From NCBI GenBank assembly GCA_965226055.1, contig CBDDCA010000005.1:384001-448000 (forward strand): DNA of 64,000 nt. The letters are read 5' to 3'. This DNA is from Spirochaetia bacterium (GTDB lineage Bacteria; Spirochaetota; Spirochaetia; WTKD01; G963693115). This document shows, piece after piece, positions 10,844 to 21,251 of the stretch (positions within the stretch are counted from its first letter, which is position 1; the number at the start of each line of letters is the position of its first letter). A program made the translations under genes and the position numbers. The notes under the pieces are model-generated. The model ran no database searches. It saw nothing but the letters and a program-made list of their open reading frames with translations, and was not told the DNA's origin.

Positions 10844-11872
10844 ATGCATATGCTTTCTAACAATATCGCCCCTATTCTTGATGCATTACATCGTCCACTC
10901 CACGATATACGTATATCAGTGACAGATAGATGCAATTTTAATTGCACATACTGTATGCCTGATAAAAATATACAATTTCTTCCTAAGTCACAGCTACTTA
11001 CATTTGAAGAAATTACTGATGTAATATCAGTAGTACAAAGTCTTGGAGTAAAAAAAGTAAAAATTACTGGAGGAGAACCAACATTACGACTTGGTTTAGA
11101 CATCCTCATAAAAAAAATTAGAGACATTTCAGGAATAGAAGACATAGGCTTAATTACTAATGGTGCATTTCTCAAAACACTAGGAAAGCGTTTATATAAT
11201 GCAGGATTAAAACGCATCAATATCAGCCTTGATTCATTAGATGAAAGAATATTTCAAACTATTGTCGGAAACACCCATTCCATACATCCAGTACTAGAAG
11301 GAATTGATTATGCAAAAAAAATTGGGTTTTCTCCTATAAAGATAAACTGCGTAATTCAAAGAGGATTAAACGAAAAGCAAGTCATACATATGGTGGAATA
11401 TTTTAGACAGAGAGAAATAGACATTCGATTTATAGAATTTATGGACGTAGGATCTATTGAATGGCAAGAAGAACGGGTAGTATATTCTCATGAAATATTA
11501 GAAACATTACAGAAAACATATCCTCTCATTCCTATTGCTGGTTCTTATCAAGGAGAGGTTGCCACTCGTTATAAACATAAAAACAGTAATTCTGAGGTAG
11601 GCTTTATCAGTTCTGTCTCTAACCCTTTTTGTAAAGACTGTAATAGGCTACGGCTCACAGCAAATGGATTCTTATACGGTTGTCTGTTTGCCTCAAAAGG
11701 ACAAGATATAAAAAAAATACTAAGAGAGAATCATAAAAATACAAAAGAAGCTCTAAAAACAGCAATAACAGAATTTTGGACTCAGAGAGACGACAGATAC
11801 TCTGAACATCGCACATACAGTAGAAACACCGATACCAATAGAAAGAAAGATATGAATTTTATAGGAGGATAA
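10844..11872 (+). CDS. moaA: GTP 3',8-cyclase MoaA
   Basis: Radical SAM CNFNCTYC, TGGEP, C-terminal FCKDCNRLRLT...C and terminal GG. Confidence 0.96.
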   Translation: MHMLSNNIAPILDALHRPLHDIRISVTDRCNFNCTYCMPDKNIQFLPKSQLLTFEEITDVISVVQSLGVKKVKITGGEPTLRLGLDILIKKIRDISGIEDIGLITNGAFLKTLGKRLYNAGLKRINISLDSLDERIFQTIVGNTHSIHPVLEGIDYAKKIGFSPIKINCVIQRGLNEKQVIHMVEYFRQREIDIRFIEFMDVGSIEWQEERVVYSHEILETLQKTYPLIPIAGSYQGEVATRYKHKNSNSEVGFISSVSNPFCKDCNRLRLTANGFLYGCLFASKGQDIKKILRENHKNTKEALKTAITEFWTQRDDRYSEHRTYSRNTDTNRKKDMNFIGG

Positions 11873-11873
11873 T

Positions 11874-12320
11874 ATGCTATCGCATCTCAACAATAAAGAC
11901 ATGCCTCATATGGTAGATATATCCAAAAAAAATATATGTACAAGAAAAGCAGTAGCACAAACTACTGTAGAGTTAGATGAAACAATACGCGCGTATATAC
12001 AAAACAATGATATACAAACACCGAAAGGAGCAGTCTTTGCTACTGCAATTATAGCAGGAATACAAGCAGTAAAATATACCGCATATCTTATACCCCTATG
12101 CCATCCCATCCCCATTAGCCATTGTACTATAGATATACAAACCACTCCACTAGGAGTAGACATAGCATGCTCTGTAACTTCATCATATGCCACTGGGGTA
12201 GAAATAGAAGCTATTACTGGAGCTTCTATAGCCGCTATCACTATATATGATATGTGTAAAAGTATACACACCAATATGCGAATCCTTGAAACAAAACTTA
12301 TATCAAAGGAAAAAAAATAA
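11874..12320 (+). CDS. moaC: Cyclic pyranopterin monophosphate synthase MoaC
   Basis: MVDIS, LIPLCHP, TGVEIEA, IYDMCK. Confidence 0.95.
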   Translation: MLSHLNNKDMPHMVDISKKNICTRKAVAQTTVELDETIRAYIQNNDIQTPKGAVFATAIIAGIQAVKYTAYLIPLCHPIPISHCTIDIQTTPLGVDIACSVTSSYATGVEIEAITGASIAAITIYDMCKSIHTNMRILETKLISKEKK

Positions 12321-12562
12321 TGATCATACACGTTAAGTACTTTGCATCCCTTGCACAAATGCGAGGAGTAGAAGAAGAACACATAGAGATTAAAGACAAC
12401 TATACTGCACAAAAATTATATAGTATACTAAAAGAAACATATGCCTTTCCTTTTGAAGAAAAAGATATTAAAGTAGCAATCAATCATGAATACAAAGATT
12501 TTTCATCTCAGCTTCAACATAACGATACTGTAGTTTTTATCTCTCCAGTGTCAGGAGGATAA
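12320..12562 (+). CDS. moaD: Molybdopterin synthase sulfur carrier MoaD
   Basis: VKYFA start, PVSGG C-terminus. Confidence 0.95.
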   Translation: MIIHVKYFASLAQMRGVEEEHIEIKDNYTAQKLYSILKETYAFPFEEKDIKVAINHEYKDFSSQLQHNDTVVFISPVSGG

Positions 12563-12565
12563 ATT

Positions 12566-12994
12566 ATGCCTCATACCTCTCCGTCTATACAATTTTTTCT
12601 CACAAAAGAAAAACTTACTGCAACAGAACACTTAGCTCCAAAAACAGACGAAGGGGCACACGTGTGTTTTCGAGGATATGTGCGAGATAACAACCCTTAT
12701 AAAGACACAACTAATATAGTTGCCATTGAATACCACTGCTACACAGAACTTGCACAGAAAGAAGGACTACGCATTTTGCAAGAGGCCAGCAGTATCTATC
12801 ATGCATATCGCATTTTCTGCATACATAGAATAGGAATAGTCTCTTTACAAGAAGCTTCTATTCATGTTGAAGTTGTCCATTCCCACAGACTTCAAGCCTT
12901 TCAAGCAACACAATATATCATGGATACCATAAAAAAAACCTTACCTATCTGGAAACAAGAAATTACTGTTAATGGAGAAAAAATATGGACATAG
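12566..12994 (+). CDS. moaE: Molybdopterin synthase catalytic subunit MoaE
   Basis: GAxxxFxGxVR, HRIG, HR..AF, PIWKQE. Confidence 0.93.
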   Translation: MPHTSPSIQFFLTKEKLTATEHLAPKTDEGAHVCFRGYVRDNNPYKDTTNIVAIEYHCYTELAQKEGLRILQEASSIYHAYRIFCIHRIGIVSLQEASIHVEVVHSHRLQAFQATQYIMDTIKKTLPIWKQEITVNGEKIWT

Positions 12995-14070
12995 ATACCA
13001 ATACATTTACCCAATACTATAAAAGACAAATACTCATAGAATCTTTTGGCATAGAAGAACAACAAAAAATAGCAAAACGCTCATGCCTTATTATAGGCAT
13101 GGGAGGACTTGGGTGTCCCATAGGACTATATCTAGCAACCAGTGGTATCGGAAACATAGGTATTTGTGACTACGATGAAATTGAATTTAGCAACATAGGA
13201 AGACAAATTCTTTTCTCTCCTCAAGACATAGGTCAGAAAAAATCCTCTGTTGCACAAAAAACATTACAAAACAAAAACCCATTTATCAATGTACAAGCAC
13301 ATGATACAATATTAAACGAATCAAATGCTCAAGAAATAATTTCTCAGTATGATCTAGTACTTGATTGTACTGACAACTTTCATAGTAAATATCTTATTCA
13401 TGACAGCTGTCTGTACCTTAAAAAAGATCTTGTTCAAGGCGCCTTATTTCAAACACAAGGAGCAATCCTAAGCCTTGCCTTTAGTAATACAACATTCAAA
13501 GGATGTATGAGATGCATGTGGGAACAAGAACCTTCTGCTTTATGCGTAAAATCATGTGCAGAAGCAGGAATACTAAACCTCGTAGCTGGTACTGTTGCAC
13601 TAAAACAAGCAACGACAGCATTACAATTTATAACAGAACAGTATCAAAATGCTGGCATATCAAGCCTATACAGCTATACTACACAAGAATGGATGGAGCT
13701 TGCTCTCCCATATAATGAGAATTGTGCATATTGTACAAAAAATGAACAACAACACATAAGTAAAGAACCACTTATAATAACCACCATACCTGATACCACT
13801 TGGTGTATATTAGACACAAGAAATGAACAAGATCAAAACAATTTTTTTGGAAAATACCCATATCTCAATGTTAGTGCAGAACAAATAAACAATCCTTCTC
13901 TCCTTACTCAAACACTCAACAAAGATACCCACTATGTAACAATATGCTACGCTGGAATTAGAAGCCTTGATATAGCAAGAAAGCTACGCATACTCGGATA
14001 TACCAATACACATTCTTATGCAGGAGGATACAAAAAATTTCTTATCAATGAGCATATTCTTACTGATTAG
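12985..14070 (+). CDS. moeB: MoeB/ThiF adenylyltransferase with C-terminal rhodanese domain
   Basis: GMGGLG, SNIGRQ, DCTDN, CMRC and CAYC zinc motifs; rhodanese CYAGIRS. Confidence 0.9.
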   Translation: MDIDTNTFTQYYKRQILIESFGIEEQQKIAKRSCLIIGMGGLGCPIGLYLATSGIGNIGICDYDEIEFSNIGRQILFSPQDIGQKKSSVAQKTLQNKNPFINVQAHDTILNESNAQEIISQYDLVLDCTDNFHSKYLIHDSCLYLKKDLVQGALFQTQGAILSLAFSNTTFKGCMRCMWEQEPSALCVKSCAEAGILNLVAGTVALKQATTALQFITEQYQNAGISSLYSYTTQEWMELALPYNENCAYCTKNEQQHISKEPLIITTIPDTTWCILDTRNEQDQNNFFGKYPYLNVSAEQINNPSLLTQTLNKDTHYVTICYAGIRSLDIARKLRILGYTNTHSYAGGYKKFLINEHILTD

Positions 14071-14854
14071 CTTTCTTGTTAATGCACTCATAAGCTCTCT
14101 TATAGGGCTTGGAGGCGGAACTTTTTATCTTTTATTTCTTTCTCTTTTCTCTGTAAATCATGAAATTATCCCATTCATTGCCCTATTGTGTAACATAACA
14201 GTGAGCGGGACATCTGCAGGAATACAGCTTTTAAGAGGACAAAGAGAACATCTTTCCTTTTTCATATCTTTACTCATACCATCTATGATAAGCACTTACA
14301 TAGGAGGACAATTTGTTATAAACGCTCGTAATTTTCGTCTTATTCTCAGCAGTGTTATACTTCTTATACTATGCTTCTTACTCCTTATAAAAAAAACAAC
14401 TGCTTCTCCTTCAATAAAGCTACAACAGAACAACAAAATTTTAGTGGTATCTCTCATAAGTTTTGGTATTGGATTCTTATCAGGCATGATTGGTATTGGC
14501 GGTGGTATTATTTTAGGACCAGTGTTACATATGCTAGGTATGTCTTACTTAGATATTCCGTTAATTACAGCAATCTATATTTTTGTAAACTCTGTCATAG
14601 GAATAATTTCCCATACTATAAAATATACTAACAATGGTATGTATACAACCAGTATCCCTGCTCTTGAGTATCTAGGAAAACAGCTTATTCCATATATCCC
14701 TCTTATTTTCGTATGCCTATGCTCTGCTATTTTCTCTATTTATTTTAAGAAAAAACTAAAAAACGAGAGTACTATTAAAAACATATTATTTGTTATTATG
14801 CTATCTTTAACAATATACAATCTTATACAAACAGGAATATATTATTATGGATAA
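14048..14854 (+). CDS. Sulfite exporter TauE/SafE (TSUP) family membrane protein
   Basis: Duplicated GLGGG/GIGGG motifs, multi-TM; start uncertain (14018 possible). Confidence 0.85.
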   Translation: MSIFLLISFLVNALISSLIGLGGGTFYLLFLSLFSVNHEIIPFIALLCNITVSGTSAGIQLLRGQREHLSFFISLLIPSMISTYIGGQFVINARNFRLILSSVILLILCFLLLIKKTTASPSIKLQQNNKILVVSLISFGIGFLSGMIGIGGGIILGPVLHMLGMSYLDIPLITAIYIFVNSVIGIISHTIKYTNNGMYTTSIPALEYLGKQLIPYIPLIFVCLCSAIFSIYFKKKLKNESTIKNILFVIMLSLTIYNLIQTGIYYYG

Positions 14855-15365
14855 CACATTTCTTTCTCTCTCTATAGCATGTCTCACTATATCGGATACA
14901 CGAAATAAAGACAACGATATATCAGGAAAAGTAATAACAACACATATCAAAGAAGCTGGTCATATACTATCAGATTATACAATTACAAAAGACAATATCT
15001 ATGATATTCGTGCAGTTGTATCACAATGGATAGCAAACACAAACATACAAGTTATTATCACCACAGGAGGAACAGGCATTTTTGATACTGATGTAACACC
15101 AGAAGCATTAACAGTACTCTTTGATAAGCATATTGACGGATTTGGGGAACTGTTTCGCTATGTATCCTATAAAGAAATAGGAACATCGACAATGCAATCT
15201 CGTGTGTGTGCAGGCATAGCAAACAATACAATTATATTTGCACTTCCCGGTTCATCGAAAGCATGCAAAACAGGATGGACGCTTATTGAAGAACAGCTAG
15301 ATAGAAGCAAAAAATCATGTAGCTTTGTAAATGTATTGCATCGCGACACACTCTTTAGCGTATAA
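14847..15365 (+). CDS. moaB: Molybdenum cofactor biosynthesis protein MoaB
   Basis: TISD, TTGGTG...DVTPEA, GFGELFR, LPGS. Confidence 0.93.
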   Translation: MDNTFLSLSIACLTISDTRNKDNDISGKVITTHIKEAGHILSDYTITKDNIYDIRAVVSQWIANTNIQVIITTGGTGIFDTDVTPEALTVLFDKHIDGFGELFRYVSYKEIGTSTMQSRVCAGIANNTIIFALPGSSKACKTGWTLIEEQLDRSKKSCSFVNVLHRDTLFSV

Positions 15366-15370
15366 CACAT

Positions 15371-16630
15371 ATGATTTCAGTTGAGCAAGCAAAAAAAATA
15401 TTAAAAGAAGCTGAGCAGCTATTTTCTTCTCCTTTAGAAAGTGAGATTATTGCTTTACAATCAGCTCATAAAAGAATACTTGCAAAAAACATTTATTCAT
15501 CTTACGATTTTCCTGCCTTTCCTAACAGTGCTATGGATGGATTTGTATTTCATAGAGATGATATTGTACATTACCATACACAGAAAAAGCCTATTCCAAT
15601 ATACGGAGAAATTACAGCAGGAGATACACCTATTTCATTTCCTCGCTTGCAAGCACTCAAAATATTTACAGGTGCTCCAATACCCGATGGAGCAAACTGT
15701 GTTGTTCCTGTCGAGCAATGTATTGTAAAAGAAAATCATGTTACCATTACACAGGAGCTATCCAGCATAAAAGAAGGGCAGCACATACGTCCTAAAGGCC
15801 TAAATTTTACCAAAAATGAATGTGTACTCAGTCAAGGAACTGTCCTAAACAGTATGAATATGTCTGTGCTTGCTTCTATTGGAATTTCGTCAGTAGAAGT
15901 ATTCCGAAAAATTAAAATAGCCATTGGAGTAACAGGCAACGAGCTTACCCCATACAGCAATACAACATTACCAATAGGAAAAATATATGACTCAAATAGT
16001 GTGCTACTCTATCAACTATGTAAAGAACATGGACATGAAATAGTTATAGCAGATACCATACCAGACACTCTAGAAAGCACACAGAAATTTTTATTCCATG
16101 CAGTAGAACATGCTGATATAGTACTTACGACTGGAGGCATTTCTATGGGCGATAAAGATTACTTAAAGATACTACTAAACAAACTTAGTGCTACCAATAC
16201 ATGCAGAAAACATTTTCAAGGAGTAGCCATAAAACCAGGAAAACCATTTACCTTTGCTCACATACAAACCACAAAACACAATAGAACAACACAGGTCCCT
16301 CTCTTTTGTATGCCTGGCAACCCACTTTCTGCATGTATCACCTATTTATACTTTGTAGTCCCTTATATACATGCAATCTCAGGAAACAATGATACATCAA
16401 TAATACTAGAACAAGTTACTGCACCATGCCATTTCTCATCATATCCACGCACACGGTTTCTCTTTGGCATAAAAGACACAACAGAAAAAACAATAGCAAT
16501 ACTAGAAGATCAAAGCTCTGCTTCAATAAAAAACCTAAACACAGCAAACGGAGCACTCATTATTCCTGCTAACACAGTGATAGAAAAAAACGATCCTTTA
16601 CATTTTTTTCCGTTCCGCTGTTCTTGTTGA
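15371..16630 (+). CDS. moeA: Molybdopterin molybdotransferase MoeA
   Basis: SAMDGF, IFTGAPIP, TGNEL, TTGGISMG, KPGKP, MPGNP. Confidence 0.95.
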   Translation: MISVEQAKKILKEAEQLFSSPLESEIIALQSAHKRILAKNIYSSYDFPAFPNSAMDGFVFHRDDIVHYHTQKKPIPIYGEITAGDTPISFPRLQALKIFTGAPIPDGANCVVPVEQCIVKENHVTITQELSSIKEGQHIRPKGLNFTKNECVLSQGTVLNSMNMSVLASIGISSVEVFRKIKIAIGVTGNELTPYSNTTLPIGKIYDSNSVLLYQLCKEHGHEIVIADTIPDTLESTQKFLFHAVEHADIVLTTGGISMGDKDYLKILLNKLSATNTCRKHFQGVAIKPGKPFTFAHIQTTKHNRTTQVPLFCMPGNPLSACITYLYFVVPYIHAISGNNDTSIILEQVTAPCHFSSYPRTRFLFGIKDTTEKTIAILEDQSSASIKNLNTANGALIIPANTVIEKNDPLHFFPFRCSC

Positions 16631-16662
16631 ACTGTTGAACATAAAAAGATAAAACATATAAC

Positions 16663-17253
16663 CTATACTCCGTATAGCTGATACTCTTCATAGGTATTTA
16701 CATTTTTAAGAATATTTGCATCTATTGATGCCTTAGCGACATACATTGTTTTCTTCTTCAGTAGCTTCTGCAACGAATACTGTTTTTTTAGACAATGCTC
16801 ATTTATATGCGGTTGTATATCAGGCTCATAGAGAGCAAATAAAGGCTCAAAATAACTATCAGAAGTATATGGCACAGTTGCATACAAAGGAGCAGTAGTA
16901 TGTTCTTTATACATAGCACGCGTATGCATCAGGTAATTGATAGCTTCTTGTGTTATATGAGGCATATCAATGGCTACCACAAACCAAGTAACCATATACG
17001 CATGAAAAGCAGACACAATGCCTCCCATAGGACCACAACCTTCTTCTTGTATATCAGTAATATGTGGATACTTTAAGAGATAGTCTGCAACACTATGCTT
17101 TGCAACAGAAAAAAACACATACTCAAAACAGTTACATACCAGTGTATATACCCGCTTATACTGGGCTTCTCCATAATAACACAGAGAAGCCTTATCCTGC
17201 TTCATACGACTGCTCTTCCCTCCGCAGAGAATAAGAGCATGGTTTACAGTCAT
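16663..17253 (-). CDS. mobA: Molybdenum cofactor guanylyltransferase MobA
   Basis: ILCGGKSSRMKQDKA, GPMGGI, DMP, EPLFALY, NVNT. Confidence 0.93.
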   Translation of the reverse strand: MTVNHALILCGGKSSRMKQDKASLCYYGEAQYKRVYTLVCNCFEYVFFSVAKHSVADYLLKYPHITDIQEEGCGPMGGIVSAFHAYMVTWFVVAIDMPHITQEAINYLMHTRAMYKEHTTAPLYATVPYTSDSYFEPLFALYEPDIQPHINEHCLKKQYSLQKLLKKKTMYVAKASIDANILKNVNTYEEYQLYGV

Positions 17254-19334
17254 GATGCTTTTTGAATATTTACCGCTCCTGTCTTAAAAGATGGTTCACG
17301 TGAAAAAGGATCAAATGAAGATATAGTATGAATATTTGCCTCAACATAATGCATAGGAATAAAAATATATCCCTGACGAGAAGAGTCTCCCACTATTGCC
17401 TTAATCGTACATTCTCCACGACGAGACACAATAGTCACCATATCATTTGTCTTTACTCCTAATATATCAGCATCTTTCTCATTGATTTCACAGTACGGTT
17501 CTTTTAAGTCTTCCTTTTGTAACAAAGGAGCTTTTGCTGTGCGTGTTTGCGTATGAAATTGAAACACAGACCCGCGACCAGTCAGTAAACGGAACGGATA
17601 TGCCTCATCGATACTTTCTTTTTCTTCAATTATATCCTCAAATATAAATTTTGCCTTTTTATCTGGCGTATAAAACAAACCATCTTCAAAAAGCCTGCGT
17701 GTAGATGAAACAGTATCTCTATGAGCAGCGGTATAGGGCCATTGAATACCGTTATGTTTTTTCAAATCTTCCCAACTTTCAATACCAGTAATATCACATG
17801 GCATCCCTTTTGTAGCATCCCTTAACACAGAAAATACTTTTTCCATTGTATCAAAATTTTTAATAACATCATAACAGCCATAACTCTGTGCAACCCTGCG
17901 TACTATTTCAAAATCAGGAAGAGATTCTCCTAACGGTTCAATAGCAGCTTCAAATACTCCAAAACGACGCTCAGAATTGATAAAAAATCCCTCTTTTTCC
18001 AAAGAGCCTGAAGCAGGCAAGAGAATATCTGCGTATTCTGCAGTTATAGTATCTGACCATAAATCTTGAACAACAAGAAGCTCTAGATTTTTCAATGATT
18101 TCTTAAGGGCATTCAAGTCCACCCAAGAATGCAGTGGGTTTGTACATACAATCCATAATGCTTTTATGCTCCCATCCCCTACTCCTTCAATAATTTTATC
18201 ATAAGGTTTTGTTGGCCCCGCAGGCAATATACTAGGATCTATACCCATGAGATCCCCAATAAGTTGTCTGTCATTCTCATTGGTAAAATCACGCCCTCCA
18301 AATAATCCAGTAGTATTACTATGAAGACGAGAGCCCATAGCATTCGCTTGTCCTGTAATTGAGTTTGCTCCTGTACCTGGACGACCTATATTTCCAGTCA
18401 TCAAACAAATATTGATAATAGCCTGTGCCGTACGCACCGCTTGATGACTCTGATTTACTCCCATTGTCCACCAAAAAGAAACTTTCTTACTTGTGTGAAT
18501 TGTGTTAGCAAACTTACTTGCTTCCTCACTTGTAATACCTGTTGCTGCTTCTAACTTGTCCAAAGTAAATGAAGCAACATGAGCTTTAAAATCTTCAAAA
18601 CCATTGGTATTGCTCTGTATAAATTTTTCATCTATCCAATTATTAGCTATCAAAACATTAGCAACTGTATATAACAGTATTAAATCAGTCTTAGAAGTAA
18701 CTGCTAAATGCTGTGTAGCAAAACTAGCAGTCTTTGTTTTTCGAGGATCAATAACAATAAGTTCAGGATTATTCTTGTTCTTTCTAAAATGATTCCAAAT
18801 AACAGGATGTGCTATTACTGGGTTTGCACCAACTAACACAACACAATCTGATTCTGTAATATCTGCATAGGTAAAAGGAGGAGCATCAAAACCAAAGGCT
18901 TGCTTATATCCTACTACCGCACTTGCCATACATTGACGTGTATTTCCATCACCATGTATGCCCATACCAATACGTCCTACTGCTCCTAAAATTGCCATTT
19001 CTTGTGTTGGCATTTGTCCTGTACTAATAAACGCCCCCGAATCTCTTCCATATTTTTCTTGAATTTTCTTTAATCGCGAGGTAAAAGTATCGATTGCTGT
19101 ATCCCAACTTGCTTTTTGAAATACTCCTTTTTCGTCTTTTACAAGCGGATGTAACAAACGTTGATCGTTTATCATAGCAGCAGCTAAATTAAACCCTTTT
19201 GGACAACATTTTTTTTCATTTACAACATGATCCGCTGGGACCATCTTTACTATTGTATTGCCTTCAGTATGCACATCAAAATTGCATCCAACAGAACAAT
19301 AACTACATGTTGTTTTTGTTATTTGTGGTGTCAT
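17250..19334 (-). CDS. Cytoplasmic Mo-bisMGD nitrate reductase catalytic subunit (NasA/NarB-like)
   Basis: CSYCSVGC...CPKG 4Fe-4S motif, NTRQCMASAVVGY active-site region, WTMGVNQ, SITGQANAMG; no Tat leader; next to a NarK-like gene. Confidence 0.88.
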   Translation of the reverse strand: MTPQITKTTCSYCSVGCNFDVHTEGNTIVKMVPADHVVNEKKCCPKGFNLAAAMINDQRLLHPLVKDEKGVFQKASWDTAIDTFTSRLKKIQEKYGRDSGAFISTGQMPTQEMAILGAVGRIGMGIHGDGNTRQCMASAVVGYKQAFGFDAPPFTYADITESDCVVLVGANPVIAHPVIWNHFRKNKNNPELIVIDPRKTKTASFATQHLAVTSKTDLILLYTVANVLIANNWIDEKFIQSNTNGFEDFKAHVASFTLDKLEAATGITSEEASKFANTIHTSKKVSFWWTMGVNQSHQAVRTAQAIINICLMTGNIGRPGTGANSITGQANAMGSRLHSNTTGLFGGRDFTNENDRQLIGDLMGIDPSILPAGPTKPYDKIIEGVGDGSIKALWIVCTNPLHSWVDLNALKKSLKNLELLVVQDLWSDTITAEYADILLPASGSLEKEGFFINSERRFGVFEAAIEPLGESLPDFEIVRRVAQSYGCYDVIKNFDTMEKVFSVLRDATKGMPCDITGIESWEDLKKHNGIQWPYTAAHRDTVSSTRRLFEDGLFYTPDKKAKFIFEDIIEEKESIDEAYPFRLLTGRGSVFQFHTQTRTAKAPLLQKEDLKEPYCEINEKDADILGVKTNDMVTIVSRRGECTIKAIVGDSSRQGYIFIPMHYVEANIHTISSFDPFSREPSFKTGAVNIQKAS

Positions 19335-19352
19335 AAAAAACTCCTTACATTC

Positions 19353-19382
19353 TTTATATTTAAGACATATCTTAAATATAAA
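19353..19382. other. Intercistronic 13-bp inverted repeat
   Basis: tttatatttaaga-cata-tcttaaatataaa. Confidence 0.5.
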
Positions 19383-19391
19383 TGATAAAAT

Positions 19392-20666
19392 TTACTTACT
19401 TGCTTTCGCAGGCTTAAGCAATGCTACTAACAATAATGAAAGAATACTCAATACAAAAAATACATAAAATCCTTGTAAAAATCCAGGGTCTTTTTCTATC
19501 CCTGCTGTACGAAATAAAGAAAGTATTTTTGGTAACACATACCCACCAAGTGCACCAAGTCCTCCAACCCATCCAGCAGCTCCACCAATGGCATGAGGAA
19601 CATAGGCTGGCACAAGTTTAAAAACACCAGCATTTACAATGCCCATTCCAAGTGTCATCAAAATAAGCCCTACAACACTCATACCTATAGAACTAAACAG
19701 AGCAAGAATCAAAGATCCAATGGCAGTTACTACTAAGAAAACAGTAACTGCTTTTCTTCCGCCAATTCTATCAGAAAAGCCACCTCCATATACGCGTATT
19801 ACCGAAGCACCAATAAGATATATAGCACCAAGTGTCCCTGACACCTGAGCACTTATCCCATAATAGTCTTGAAAGAACACTCTAAACCATCCACCAAGAG
19901 CCAAGAAACCACCGAAAGATAAGAAATACACAAAGACTAACACCCATGTTTGCCATACTTTAGCAGAGGTCTTTAAGCTGGCAATAACAGTGCCTTTAGG
20001 AAATAAGCTCTGTCCTTTTTCTTTAGCTATAGATATAGCTTCTTCCTCACTAGCCCCTTGCTGTTTTAGCTGAAAAAACCATGCATTTTGTGCATAAATA
20101 GCGTATACAATAGTACCTACTATCAAAAATATTGTCCATGCAATATATGTTGTTTTCAATCCAAGATAAGGAAGAAAAATATTACTCACAAGTAACAAAG
20201 CAATTCCAGGAGCTAAGTTGCCAATCCCTGCGTAGTTTCCCAATGCTTTTCCTTGCTGTTCTTGTGCAAACCAATACGAAGTCTGTCCTATTCCTACAGA
20301 AAATGTCGCTATACCACATCCAGCTAAAGCACCAGCACTCAACAGTATCCATAAATTTTCTCTTAAGTATTCTGCACTCTTTGTGTACAGTAATGTAGTA
20401 AAAATAATCATTCCTATAATTGCCAATCCCAAGAGAACAAGCATTGGTTTCTTGCCTCCTGTAGACTCAACCCATGCCGCAAAAGGAATACGGAACAACG
20501 AACCTGTAAGAGCTGCTATGCCTAACAAATTCCCTGTCTGAACAGGATCAAGATTCAAATACTTGACAAGCGGTGTTGTAAGAGTAACCGCAGCAAAACC
20601 AATAAAGAATGCTAACGTAGCACTCGTAAGCCCCGACTTAGGGGTGCCTTTTAATGTATAATTCAT
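19392..20666 (-). CDS. narK: NarK/NRT2-type nitrate/nitrite MFS transporter
   Basis: GSLFRIP, GCGIATFS, GIGNL, RVYGGGFSD, GWVGGLGALGG; GGAGG RBS favours start at 20666. Confidence 0.88.
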   Translation of the reverse strand: MNYTLKGTPKSGLTSATLAFFIGFAAVTLTTPLVKYLNLDPVQTGNLLGIAALTGSLFRIPFAAWVESTGGKKPMLVLLGLAIIGMIIFTTLLYTKSAEYLRENLWILLSAGALAGCGIATFSVGIGQTSYWFAQEQQGKALGNYAGIGNLAPGIALLLVSNIFLPYLGLKTTYIAWTIFLIVGTIVYAIYAQNAWFFQLKQQGASEEEAISIAKEKGQSLFPKGTVIASLKTSAKVWQTWVLVFVYFLSFGGFLALGGWFRVFFQDYYGISAQVSGTLGAIYLIGASVIRVYGGGFSDRIGGRKAVTVFLVVTAIGSLILALFSSIGMSVVGLILMTLGMGIVNAGVFKLVPAYVPHAIGGAAGWVGGLGALGGYVLPKILSLFRTAGIEKDPGFLQGFYVFFVLSILSLLLVALLKPAKASK

Positions 20667-20816
20667 AGTATCCCTCCTAATAATATACAATCTATGTATA
20701 TTATAGCATATTTTTAAATATGCGTGCAAAAAGATGGAAACTTTTCATTACTATATCAACTGTTATATTTACTAGATTTATATCTTTCTATAAGCCATAT
20801 GCACTATAGATATATG

Positions 20817-21212
20817 CTATAGATTCGTTTTGTGCTTATAAGAACTATACATCGTGTAATTTTTATGTGGACCGGTAACTATCCACTGCAACATAATGGT
20901 ATTATCACTATAGCACCAAGTTCCTATGTATATATCTTTTCCACATACATGCTTTATATTGAAATATCCATGTATAGAATCCAATGTATAAAATTCACGC
21001 CCATCGGAAAACATGACAGAAAACCTTTTGCTCATATCAATGGTATATATCTGATAAAAGGACATGCCATTCATTGTCCCTCTTTCTACCCATGAAGTCT
21101 TTGCGATATTCATATGGCCATGAGCAGTACTTTGTTTATGAATATTTCTATCAACAACGGTACGTTCTAAAGACCATGTGCCAATAAGTGCTTCTTCTAA
21201 TATATTATACAA
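20817..21212 (-). CDS. Hypothetical protein, DUF6314-like
   Basis: W.L.R...FSDGREF...HVCGKDIY...WIVTGPHKNY pattern. Confidence 0.65.
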   Translation of the reverse strand: MYNILEEALIGTWSLERTVVDRNIHKQSTAHGHMNIAKTSWVERGTMNGMSFYQIYTIDMSKRFSVMFSDGREFYTLDSIHGYFNIKHVCGKDIYIGTWCYSDNTIMLQWIVTGPHKNYTMYSSYKHKTNL

Positions 21213-21251
21213 ACAAGGACAATACTATATTTTTCTATTAAAACAAAGATA

